Assembly: GCA_963674755.2 (NCBI GenBank) | Contig: CAXXVS010000001.1 | Coordinates: forward strand, 288,001-352,000 | From: Desulfobacterales bacterium | Lineage (GTDB): Bacteria > Desulfobacterota > Desulfobacteria > Desulfobacterales > UBA5852 | Reading direction: 5' to 3' | DNA length: 64,000 nt | Shown here: positions 1 through 8,477 of the stretch, piece after piece | Layout of the letters: each line of letters opens with the position of its first letter | Position numbering within the stretch: the first letter of the stretch is position 1 | The notes under the pieces: generated by a model | What the model was told of the DNA's origin: nothing | Databases searched by the model: none | Seen by the model: the letters and a program-made list of their open reading frames with translations, nothing else | Position numbers and translations under genes: made by a program

Positions 1-1
1 T

Positions 2-271
2 GGTCCGGTGGGGGACGGCATGGGGCCGGCCCAGCCCTGGATCTACCCGCCGCCCCTAAATTTCACGGTCGTTCGACAGCGCGGCATCTCCGGCGGGATT
101 CTCTACTATCACATCATGAACGGCATCACCGGTACGGCCATGCCCTATTTCAAACGCGATCTGGAATCTCAGAAGATCTGGGAGGTGGGCAATTTCGTGG
201 CGGTCAACTTCATCAACCAGAGCGATGCCAACACGGCGCCGCGCGGCATCGATTCCGCCTGGGAGCCCTGA
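2..271 (+). CDS. Partial (5'-truncated) cytochrome c domain protein, probably the C-terminus of a cbb3-type oxidase subunit
   Basis: Open frame from the window edge: GDGMGPAQPWIYPPPLNF...IMNGITGTAMPYF...IWEV, a class I cytochrome c C-terminal pattern; lies directly before ccoS. Confidence 0.7.
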   Translation, partial: GPVGDGMGPAQPWIYPPPLNFTVVRQRGISGGILYYHIMNGITGTAMPYFKRDLESQKIWEVGNFVAVNFINQSDANTAPRGIDSAWEP

Positions 272-273
272 CG

Positions 274-534
274 ATGTATTACCCTTATTTTTTAACCTAT
301 ATGGCCGTGGGCTTCGGGATCACGCTGATCGTCTTCATCTGGGCGCTGAACAACGGCCAGTTCAAGGAGCAGCAGCGGGCCCGCTATCTTCCCCTGCATG
401 ACGCGCCCGATCCGCCGCCGGTCAAGCCGTCGCGGTTTATCCGCCTGGAGATGCTCGTCCTTTTCACCATGGCGGCTTTGGGGTTGGCCGCCAGTGGGGC
501 CGTTATTATCTTCGCTCTTATCCATGGCAGCTGA
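274..534 (+). CDS. ccoS: cbb3-type cytochrome oxidase assembly protein CcoS
   Basis: TM helix followed by FIWALNNGQFKEQQRARYLPL, matching the CcoS/FixS W-A-x-x-x-G-Q-F motif; has an additional C-terminal TM helix. Confidence 0.8.
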   Translation: MYYPYFLTYMAVGFGITLIVFIWALNNGQFKEQQRARYLPLHDAPDPPPVKPSRFIRLEMLVLFTMAALGLAASGAVIIFALIHGS

Positions 535-542
535 GGTGATCC

Positions 543-818
543 ATGCGATTATTCGCCTTATCCAATTTTCAGGACATCATCCTCTATCTTTTCCCGACGC
601 TGATCTTCATGATCCTGTTCGGCGCGGGGCTGGCCTATACCCGTTTCCAGCGGAAAGACGACCGGCAGCGCGAGGAGACCGTCATCTATCGTTTCCCGAG
701 CGGCATTGAAGATCGGGATGCGCCCTTCCCCCTGATGATGATCCTGATCATCGTGGGGACGGTATTGTGGGCCTTTTTCTACATTCTGATGCACGGCTTG
801 CTGGGAGTGAAAATCTGA
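543..818 (+). CDS. Small two-TM membrane protein in the cco cluster
   Basis: SD GAGG upstream; two hydrophobic helices; tightly packed in the operon. Confidence 0.7.
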   Translation: MRLFALSNFQDIILYLFPTLIFMILFGAGLAYTRFQRKDDRQREETVIYRFPSGIEDRDAPFPLMMILIIVGTVLWAFFYILMHGLLGVKI

Positions 819-819
819 T

Positions 820-1047
820 ATGGACCGTCACCTGCACAAAGAATCGATCCTCAAGACTTGGCTGGTGGTATTCGGCCTGATGGCTCTCATCCTGGGCAAA
901 GGCTTTTTTTCATTCTTTGTCGTTTCCGATTTGGGGCCGCCCGACTGGGACTACCGGCCGGTGATGGATGTGCCCGCGGAATCGCCCTACGCCATCTACC
1001 AGAAACTGCTCTACCCGCAGCACGTCCGGGGCGCCAAGGGGGAGTGA
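820..1047 (+). CDS. Small single-TM membrane protein in the cco cluster
   Basis: Starts 1 nt after the previous stop and abuts the next ATG; one TM helix followed by PPDWDYRPVMDVP. Confidence 0.7.
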   Translation: MDRHLHKESILKTWLVVFGLMALILGKGFFSFFVVSDLGPPDWDYRPVMDVPAESPYAIYQKLLYPQHVRGAKGE

Positions 1048-1569
1048 ATGAAGAAGAACCTGATTATTATCTTCGGGGCCCTGGCCGTTTTTTTCGGTGT
1101 CTACTCCAGCCTGACGATCCAGGACACCTATTTCAAATGGGGCCGTATGTGGCAGACACCGGCCGTGCGGCCCTATGAGGAGCCTTTGTTGGTGATGAAG
1201 GCGGACGTGGTGCCGGTCAGCGGTGGAGAGGCCCTTTACCGCACGGCGGATCCCGCCACCCTTTTGTCACCCTTTGACGGGCGCTCGCCCGAGATCATTG
1301 CCGAGGGCCAGAAAGCGTACTTCACCTATTGCCAGCAATGCCACGGCGTCCACCAGGACGGTCAGGGGACGGTGGGCCAGAGCTTCGTCCCCCTGCCCAC
1401 GGACCTGCGCATTCCCCGCGTTCAGCAGATGGAGGACGGTCTGATGTTCAAGGAGATCAGCTACGGCGTCGATCGGCCCGGTGCCCGCCAGCCCGCCCTG
1501 GCCACGACCATTTTCCCAGATGACCGCTGGAAGATCGTCCACTATGTCAAGTCGCTGGGGGTGCGTTGA
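1048..1569 (+). CDS. Membrane-anchored monoheme cytochrome c
   Basis: N-terminal hydrophobic anchor; CQQCH heme motif; DGQGTVG...PTDL...W-x-IVHYV pattern. Confidence 0.85.
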   Translation: MKKNLIIIFGALAVFFGVYSSLTIQDTYFKWGRMWQTPAVRPYEEPLLVMKADVVPVSGGEALYRTADPATLLSPFDGRSPEIIAEGQKAYFTYCQQCHGVHQDGQGTVGQSFVPLPTDLRIPRVQQMEDGLMFKEISYGVDRPGARQPALATTIFPDDRWKIVHYVKSLGVR

Positions 1570-1722
1570 CCGGCGGCATGGGATTCACCCTTCCTTCCCG
1601 CATGCTCTGCGTTTCATGACAACCTTTTCATCCGGATCGTATCCGCCGCCGGCGGAATTCAAGATGATGTCCTGCCCGACGGCCCGGGGCGGAGTTTGCG
1701 GCCCGGACGGAAGGGGTGCGCC

Positions 1723-4242
1723 ATGAGCAGTACCCCCGAGGTCTGCGCGCTTTGCGGCCTGCCGTTGCGCTACGGACGGTGTGTCGGGCAGCACGGCGAT
1801 CGTGAGCTGCATTTCTGCTGCCAGGGCTGTCGCCAGGTCTACAGCGTGCTGGCCGAAGCTGCCGATGCCGGCGATCCGGCCGATTTCCGCCATACGACAT
1901 TGTTTCAGCGTTGTGTGGCCATGGGCATCATCCCCAGCTCGGAAGAAGCGCTGGCCGCGGCCCACGCCGCCGTGCGGGACGATGCGCGCCAAGGGGCGCC
2001 ACCCTCCACGGTCGAACGGGAAGATTTTCTGACCCTGCATCTGGCGGTCAGCGGGATGTGGTGCCCGGCCTGCGCCTGGGTCATCGAAGAGGCCTTGCGC
2101 AAGCAGTCCGGTATCGACCAGGCCCACTGCAATTTTTCCACCGACCGCCTGCGCTGCACCTACGACCCCACGCGCACCGCCCCCGACCGGATCCAGACGA
2201 TTGTCCGGAAACTGGGCTATCATGCGGATCTCCCGGACACCATGCGGACGGATCGCGAACGTCGCCGGGCGTTCGTGCGGTTCGCGGTTTCGACCTTCCT
2301 GACCATGAATGTGATGATGCTGGCCTTGGCCCTGTACACCGGTTTTTTCACCGCCTTGGAGAAGGAGGCCGTGTGGAAGATTTCCTGGCCCATGTTTATG
2401 ATGGCCACGGTGGTCATGGGCTATGGGGGGTTGCCGCTGTTTCACAAGGGACTCTCCGGGATTCTGGCCGGCCAGGCGGGTATGGAAGCGCTGGTCGGCA
2501 TCGGTGCCCTCAGCGCCTATGGGTATAGTGTGGTCAACCTGCTCCAAGGGAGCCTCCATCTTTATTTCGATACGGCCTGCATGCTGATCGTCTTGGTGCA
2601 GCTGGGCAAACTCCTGGAGGGGTGGGCCAAGAACCGGATTCAGGAAGACCTGGGCCATTACTACGCCCTGATGCCGGCCAAAGTCCGGTTTTGCCGTGAC
2701 ATCGACGACCAGGGCCGCTATGTGGCTGCGGAGATGCTGCAAAGCGGGGATCTGTTTCGGGTGACGGAAGGGGAGACATTGCCGGCCGACGGTCTGATCG
2801 CGCGGGGGCGGGGCCTGGTGGATGCCTCGTCCCTGACCGGGGAGGCCCGGCCGCTGCCCAAAGCCGCGGGCGATCGGCTGGTGAGCGGCACACGGGTGGT
2901 GGCGGGACGGTTTGTCGTGCGGGCCGAGGAAGTGGGCCGGGAGGCCATGCTGGGCCAGATGCTGCGCATCATGGATGGTGCGCTGGGCCGCAAGATTGCC
3001 GTGGAGGGACGCACGGACCGTATTCTGCGGATTTTCGTACCTGTCATGGTAGGGCTCGCCGCAGGGACCGCCCTGGTGCTTTTGATGCGTGGCGCGGCCT
3101 TCGAAACGGCTTTTGTGCGTGGTCTGACGGTGCTGGTCATTTCCTGCCCCTGCGCCCTGGGGGTGGCCGTGCCCCTGGCCCGGGTAGCGGGGGTGACCCT
3201 GGCCGCCCGCAAGGGCATTCTGGTCCAGGAATTCGCCGCCTTCGATCTGGCCCAGCGAATCGATACGGTGGTCTTCGATAAGACCGGCACCCTGACCCGC
3301 GGCAATTGGCAATTGCAGACGATTGTCAGCTTGTCTGCCCTGGATGAGAAGACCGTTTTAGGGGTAACGGCCGGGCTGGAGCAGCAGGTGGACCACGTGA
3401 TTGCAGTGGAGATTCGGCGGGCGGCCAAAGCCAGACAAATCGCGCCCCTCGTGGTCTCCACCGTAACCGCCCACGAACAGGGCCTGAGCGGCCGCTGGGA
3501 TGGGCGGGCGGTGCGATTGGGCAGCGCAAATTTCGTGGGGGCTGGTCCGGAGGAATCAAAGAACAGGGCAACGCCGGCGGGCGATGACCGCGCCGTGACC
3601 TCCTGGATTTTCCTGTCGGTGGACGACCGGATCGTGGCCCGTCTGGGCTTCGGGGATCGGTTGAAGCCCAGTGCCGCAGCGGCGGTACGCCGGATGCGGT
3701 CCCGGGGGCTGGCGCTCAGGCTGGTTTCGGGCGACAGCCAGAACGCGGTCCAACAGGTGGGGGGCCGCTTGGCCTTCCCCGATGCGCGCGGGGATCAACG
3801 CCCGCTCCCAAAAGCCCATTTTATCGAAGCTCTGCGCCGGGAAGGCGCTATCGTGGCCATGGTGGGCGACGGCATCAACGATGCCCCGGCCCTGGCCGCG
3901 GCGGATTTGAGTGTGGCGATCTTTGCCGGACGCCAACTGGGCAGGGAGGCCCAGGCCGTAACCCTCATGCAGGGCGATCCGCTCCAACTGGAGACGTTTC
4001 TGGCTTTCGCCGAGCGCGTCAACCGGAAAATCCAGCAAAATCTATGGGGTTCCTTGATCTACAATGTGATCAGCATTCCCATCGCCATGACCGGCTGGCT
4101 TTCACCCCTGGTGGCGGTGGGGGCCATGTTGCTGAGCAGTCTCAGTGTCACCGGCAATACCTTGCTGCTGGTTCACAGCGAAAGGCGTACGATTCCCTCG
4201 GCGAGCGACGACCCCGGAACCCTGCGCGAGGCTCAAGACTAA
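1723..4242 (+). CDS. Heavy-metal (Cu) translocating P1B-type ATPase, CcoI/FixI-like
   Basis: N-terminal CxxC...FCCxGC metal domain, HMA CPAC, TGE, CPC, DKTGT, GDGINDAPALA, YN and MxxSS motifs; cco context; ATG at 1723. Confidence 0.93.
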   Translation: MSSTPEVCALCGLPLRYGRCVGQHGDRELHFCCQGCRQVYSVLAEAADAGDPADFRHTTLFQRCVAMGIIPSSEEALAAAHAAVRDDARQGAPPSTVEREDFLTLHLAVSGMWCPACAWVIEEALRKQSGIDQAHCNFSTDRLRCTYDPTRTAPDRIQTIVRKLGYHADLPDTMRTDRERRRAFVRFAVSTFLTMNVMMLALALYTGFFTALEKEAVWKISWPMFMMATVVMGYGGLPLFHKGLSGILAGQAGMEALVGIGALSAYGYSVVNLLQGSLHLYFDTACMLIVLVQLGKLLEGWAKNRIQEDLGHYYALMPAKVRFCRDIDDQGRYVAAEMLQSGDLFRVTEGETLPADGLIARGRGLVDASSLTGEARPLPKAAGDRLVSGTRVVAGRFVVRAEEVGREAMLGQMLRIMDGALGRKIAVEGRTDRILRIFVPVMVGLAAGTALVLLMRGAAFETAFVRGLTVLVISCPCALGVAVPLARVAGVTLAARKGILVQEFAAFDLAQRIDTVVFDKTGTLTRGNWQLQTIVSLSALDEKTVLGVTAGLEQQVDHVIAVEIRRAAKARQIAPLVVSTVTAHEQGLSGRWDGRAVRLGSANFVGAGPEESKNRATPAGDDRAVTSWIFLSVDDRIVARLGFGDRLKPSAAAAVRRMRSRGLALRLVSGDSQNAVQQVGGRLAFPDARGDQRPLPKAHFIEALRREGAIVAMVGDGINDAPALAAADLSVAIFAGRQLGREAQAVTLMQGDPLQLETFLAFAERVNRKIQQNLWGSLIYNVISIPIAMTGWLSPLVAVGAMLLSSLSVTGNTLLLVHSERRTIPSASDDPGTLREAQD

Positions 4243-4320
4243 AAAGACGATGCCGCACGGGGACGGGATATGGGGTTTTCCCGCAGCGGCGGCTCAATAT
4301 AGCGGAAAGGAAAAGAGGGG

Positions 4321-5091
4321 ATGCCGGAAAATGTAACCATCAATGCGGACCGTGATGAACTGGCCCGGTTCGAGGCGGCCGCCTCAGGGTGGTGGTCCGG
4401 TGGCAAAGCGTTCCAGGCCCTGCACGATATCAACCCCCTGCGCCTGAAGTTTATCCGGCAGCGGGTCGACCTGGCCGGATGCGCCGTGGTGGACGTGGGG
4501 TGCGGCGGCGGTATTTTGAGCGAGGCCCTGGCGGCGGCGGGTGGTCGGGTTACCGGCATCGATCTCGGCCGGGCCGCCCTGGCGGCCGCCCAAGACCACC
4601 GCAAGGTGTCCGGCCTGCCCATCACCTACCGGCTGATCGATGCCGAGACGCTGGCCGGCCAACATCCGGGAGTTTTCGACGTGGTGGTCTGCATGGAGCT
4701 TCTGGAACATGTTCCCGACCCGTCTTCCGTCGTGCGGGCCTGTGCACGCCTGGCCAAACCCGGAGGGCATCTTTTTTTTGCCACCCTCAACCGCACCCCC
4801 CTCTCTTTTCTCCTGGCGATTCTCATGGCCGAACGGATTTTGCGCATCGTCCCCAACGGCACCCACCACTATGCACGCTTCGTCTCCCCCAGGGAACTGG
4901 CGGACTGGGCCGGCCGCAACGGGCTGTGCGCGCCCGAATTCAGGGGCATGCTGTATCTCCCGTTTTTGCGCCGGACGACCCTCATCAAGAGCACGGCCGT
5001 CAATTACCTGGCCCATTTCCGCCGTCGGCATTTTTCTCCTGACCCTCCGTTGACCGGATCTTCCGAATCCTCTATAGTAATCGACTTTTGA
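4321..5091 (+). CDS. ubiG: UbiG-like O-methyltransferase (ubiquinone biosynthesis family)
   Basis: ELARF..AASGWW...ALHDINPLRL, VDVGCGGGILSE, CMELLEHVPDP and FATLNRT motifs typical of UbiG. Confidence 0.85.
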   Translation: MPENVTINADRDELARFEAAASGWWSGGKAFQALHDINPLRLKFIRQRVDLAGCAVVDVGCGGGILSEALAAAGGRVTGIDLGRAALAAAQDHRKVSGLPITYRLIDAETLAGQHPGVFDVVVCMELLEHVPDPSSVVRACARLAKPGGHLFFATLNRTPLSFLLAILMAERILRIVPNGTHHYARFVSPRELADWAGRNGLCAPEFRGMLYLPFLRRTTLIKSTAVNYLAHFRRRHFSPDPPLTGSSESSIVIDF

Positions 5092-5171
5092 ACGGGTTTC
5101 GAAGACACGGCCGCTACCTCAAACAGGCCGTGATGGACTGCGGGAATCGAATGCCGTCTGGATGACGGGGA

Positions 5172-6338
5172 ATGGAAAAGACCATGGGAACGCTGAAAAC
5201 GATTGTATCGCGCCCCCTGCTGCTGATGGTGGCGGGTGCCAGGGGCGCCATCGGCTCGACCCTGGCGGTGGCCAGCCATATGCTGCGGCAACGGCCCGAC
5301 TTAATCGCGCCTTATCTGACTTCAACCCGTTTGTGGGATGATGAAGGGACCGCCGGGGCGATTCATGTGGCGGGCTGGGATGTCAACCCGGATGCCATGA
5401 GCGATGTCCTGGAACGGCATGGCGTGGTGCCTGAAAGCCTGTGGCGGGGTATTGAGGATCAATTGAACCATCTGCCCATCGTGCCGCCACCGGACGGAAC
5501 CCAGCCCCTGAACGCCCAGGTCGATCAGGTGATGGGGGATATGGCGGCCTTCCGCCAGGCCTGCCCGGAAGCCCAGCCGGTGCTGGTCAACCTGCTGCCG
5601 GCCTGCCCGGGTTGTGCCCTGTCGGGCAAGGGGGGCGGCGAGGATCGGAGCACGGCGCACTTTCCCGATCTGATCTATGCCCGGGCGGCGATTCGATCAG
5701 GGATCCCGGTGGTCAACTTCACGCCAAATGCCTTGGGGGATGACGACCTCGTGGCGCTGGCCGCCGAGCAGGGCCTGCCCCTGGTGGGACGCGACGGCAA
5801 AACCGGCCAGACCTTCTTCAAGGTGGTCCTGGCCTCGGCCCTCAAAGCGCGCCACCTCAAGGTGGACGGCTGGTACAGTCTGAACATCCTCGGCAACGCG
5901 GACGGGCGCAACCTGATGGATCCGGACTGCGCCCGCGGGAAACTGGCCAATAAGACCGAGCTGCTGGATGAGGTGCTGGGCTACCGTGTAGGGGGCGCCT
6001 ATGGCGAAAGCGCCCACAAGGTGCATATCGATTACTACCCGCCGCGGGGAGACGCCAAGGAGGCCTGGGACGTCATCGACATCAAGGGCCTTTTCGGACT
6101 CCCCATGAGCATCCGCGTCAATTTGCAGGGCCGGGATTCCATCCTGGCAGCCCCCATGGTGCTGGACCTGGCGCGCTGGGTGGTGCTGCTCCAGGCCGCC
6201 GGGCGCGGCGGGGCCGTTGCAGAGCTGGGCTTCTTTTTCAAAAAGCCCGAGGGCGAACAGGCCGCGGCAACCTTTGAGGACCAATTGCGGCAGCTAACCG
6301 AACTGGAAGGGTTCTGCCGCCAACAACTGGCCGGCTGA
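5172..6338 (+). CDS. myo-inositol-1-phosphate synthase family protein
   Basis: GARGAIGST nucleotide-binding motif, VNFTP, GRDGKTGQT, WYSLNILGNADG, DYYPPRGDAKEAWD and RDSILAAPMVLDL motifs. Confidence 0.9.
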   Translation: MEKTMGTLKTIVSRPLLLMVAGARGAIGSTLAVASHMLRQRPDLIAPYLTSTRLWDDEGTAGAIHVAGWDVNPDAMSDVLERHGVVPESLWRGIEDQLNHLPIVPPPDGTQPLNAQVDQVMGDMAAFRQACPEAQPVLVNLLPACPGCALSGKGGGEDRSTAHFPDLIYARAAIRSGIPVVNFTPNALGDDDLVALAAEQGLPLVGRDGKTGQTFFKVVLASALKARHLKVDGWYSLNILGNADGRNLMDPDCARGKLANKTELLDEVLGYRVGGAYGESAHKVHIDYYPPRGDAKEAWDVIDIKGLFGLPMSIRVNLQGRDSILAAPMVLDLARWVVLLQAAGRGGAVAELGFFFKKPEGEQAAATFEDQLRQLTELEGFCRQQLAG

Positions 6339-6422
6339 GGCTTTTACCATCACGATCGTGACAAGCTGGTGCAACCCCTATGGGAACGATCGTCGAGAGG
6401 CAAGCCCCGCGAGGAGATTATC

Positions 6423-7268
6423 ATGGTTTTCGGATACAGCACGAATGCTTATGTCAACTATTCGGTCCAAGAGTCCTTGGCACGCATCGCTGCGTTGGGC
6501 TTCAGGGGGGTGGAGATCATGTGCGACCGTCCCCATCTTTACCCGCCCGATTTTGACGACGGCGCCCAGGCGGATCTCAAATCCGTTCTCGACACCCACC
6601 GTTTGCATGTCACCAATCTCAACAGCTTTACCCTGTTTGCCGTGGGTGACACCTATCTGCCGTCCTGGATCGAGCCGGAGGCTGAACGCCGGGCCATCCG
6701 CGTCAAGCACACCCTGGAATGCCTGCAGGTCGCCCGCGCCTTGGGGGCCGGTAATATTTCCGTTCCGCCGGGGGGGCCGCTGGAGAAAAACATGACTCGC
6801 CAGGAGGCCTTCCGGCATTTTTTCGACGGGCTGGAGCAGGTGCTTCCGGTGGCGGAGGCGTTGGGCGTCAAGGTGCTGGTGGAGCCCGAACCGAACCTGC
6901 TGATGGAGAAGACGTCCGAATTCAAGCCGTTTATCAGGGAAATCCAATCGCCCATGGTCGGTCTCAATTTCGATATCGGCCATTTTTTCTGCGCCGGCGA
7001 GGATCCTGCCGTGGCCCTGGAAGAATTGTTCGAATGGATTGGGCACATGCATGTGGAAGACATCGCGGCCACGCGCGAACACAACCACCTCATTGCCGGT
7101 CTGGGGGCCATCGATTTCGAAGGCGTGTTCCAGACGATGGAACGTTTGGGGTACGACGGCGATATCAGCCTCGAGCTTTACCCCTATGTCGACAGGCCGG
7201 ATGAGGCCGGGCAGAAAAGCCGGGACCACCTCCTGCCGATCTTTGCGCGTGCCGGGTACGAGGTATAA
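6423..7268 (+). CDS. Sugar phosphate isomerase/epimerase (xylose isomerase-like TIM barrel)
   Basis: SD GAGGAG; GFRGVEI, LVEPEP, NFDIGH, HMHVED and SLELY metal ligands. Confidence 0.88.
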   Translation: MVFGYSTNAYVNYSVQESLARIAALGFRGVEIMCDRPHLYPPDFDDGAQADLKSVLDTHRLHVTNLNSFTLFAVGDTYLPSWIEPEAERRAIRVKHTLECLQVARALGAGNISVPPGGPLEKNMTRQEAFRHFFDGLEQVLPVAEALGVKVLVEPEPNLLMEKTSEFKPFIREIQSPMVGLNFDIGHFFCAGEDPAVALEELFEWIGHMHVEDIAATREHNHLIAGLGAIDFEGVFQTMERLGYDGDISLELYPYVDRPDEAGQKSRDHLLPIFARAGYEV

Positions 7269-7574
7269 ACTTTTTTTACGATCTTCATAAAAAATATTAA
7301 TAAATTTAGATTTTTATTGTCGTTTGGCGGCGATAAACACCCGGTATTTGGCCCGCCGGCCAAAAATTTTTGCCCGGCGGGTGTTTTCTCCCCCTGGATC
7401 CATCCAAACCCCTCTATTGACTCCCATCGCCAATATTTTGACTTTGCTTCTGCTCCGGACGCATCATCTTGTGGCCCCGGGATTCCGGGTAGCTATTTCT
7501 AACTTGCTGACAACGCACCAAAAACAGACCTTAAGCAGCATTTTGATAAAAATAGGGTAAGAAATTTTAAGAAA

Positions 7575-7590
7575 AGGCATGGGTATTGCT
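7575..7590 (+). promoter_or_regulatory. Putative sigma54 (-24/-12) promoter
   Basis: AGGCAT-gggta-TTGCT matches the TGGCAC-N5-TTGCW spacing; lies in an AT-rich intergenic region upstream of the 7673 ORF. Confidence 0.6.
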
Positions 7591-7672
7591 TTGCCCCATG
7601 AGTAAGATTCATTGATTAAATCGTTGGTGGAAATTAGGTTTATAACCCCTTCCCCAGAAAACGAGGTGTCAT

Positions 7673-7864
7673 ATGATTTCTTCTCCATGCCGCGATTGTG
7701 AAAACAAACATCTGCCCAAAGACGAGTGTCTCGAGACCTGCCACAAGTTGGAAGCGATCCGCCGTTTGCAGTTCAGCCGGCGGGAAATCAGAATATGCCA
7801 GGCCGTGGATTATTCCGATGACAATCGCTTTTTGATCGGGCACGAATATCGCCCCTGTGCTTAA
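7673..7864 (+). CDS. Small Cys-rich hypothetical protein (63 aa)
   Basis: SD GAGGTG before the ATG; SPCxxC-x9-C-x3-C pattern; upstream sigma54-like promoter. Confidence 0.7.
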   Translation: MISSPCRDCENKHLPKDECLETCHKLEAIRRLQFSRREIRICQAVDYSDDNRFLIGHEYRPCA

Positions 7865-8053
7865 AGCGCGATGCCGGGCGGCATGGGATGCCTTCGCGGC
7901 CATGATCCGGCATACCGTCTGCGTCATACCGTATGATAGATAAGACCATCGGGTAAGATCCTGGCCGCATCCCATCGCCCGGCGCGTGATCGAATCCCTC
8001 AGATCAAGGCGTTCCCTTTGCAAGGCCATTGCCATACCTCCTCACCTCCCTCG

Positions 8054-8088
8054 AAAAAAGGCCTGCCGGATTCGGCAGGCCTTTTTTT
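8054..8088. terminator. Intrinsic terminator, bidirectional type
   Basis: aaaaaaggcctgccg-ga-ttcggcaggccttttttt: GC stem flanked by A and T tracts. Confidence 0.8.
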
Positions 8089-8193
8089 GTGTGGTGTATC
8101 GCCGGCCCCATGATACGGCTCGCAGGATTTGACGGCCGGGCCTTATGTAACGCAAGGTGGAATATTCGATGTGGCGTTATGGGAGAAAGAAGG

Positions 8194-8454
8194 ATGCTTC
8201 GCAAACAGGTTTGCCCGGGGCTTGTCGTTGTCATGATGCTGATGGCGCCCGCCGTCGCCGGGGCCGTGAGGGCGCAGGCCGAAGACGAGATCACTTATTT
8301 GCTGGACGCCATTGCGGCCTCGAACTGCCGTTTTAAAGGTCATGGGGCCCTCCGCATTTGCAAGGTGAACGGCGAGACTGATCAAGCCACAGGCCATAAG
8401 GACAGGCCCGATCAGCAGTTTTACGGTTTGGGGGCCTATCCGATTTTTCCTTGA
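8194..8454 (+). pseudogene. Possible truncated secreted protein remnant (DUF5329/YfeK-like N-terminus)
   Basis: Signal-peptide-like start, then EDEITYLLDAIAASNCRF, which resembles the family's N-terminal helix; the remainder looks non-homologous. Confidence 0.3.
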
Positions 8455-8477
8455 AGACCGCATGGCGTTTCCTCCGG

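Noticed and set aside
1585..3312. 575-aa minus-strand ORF
   Set aside because: Antisense shadow of the P-type ATPase in GC-rich DNA; no motifs
7640..8035. 131-aa minus-strand ORF with strong SD
   Set aside because: Overlaps the better-supported 7673-7864 gene in antisense, lies just downstream of a terminator and has no motifs; kept only as an alternative in the sRNA finding
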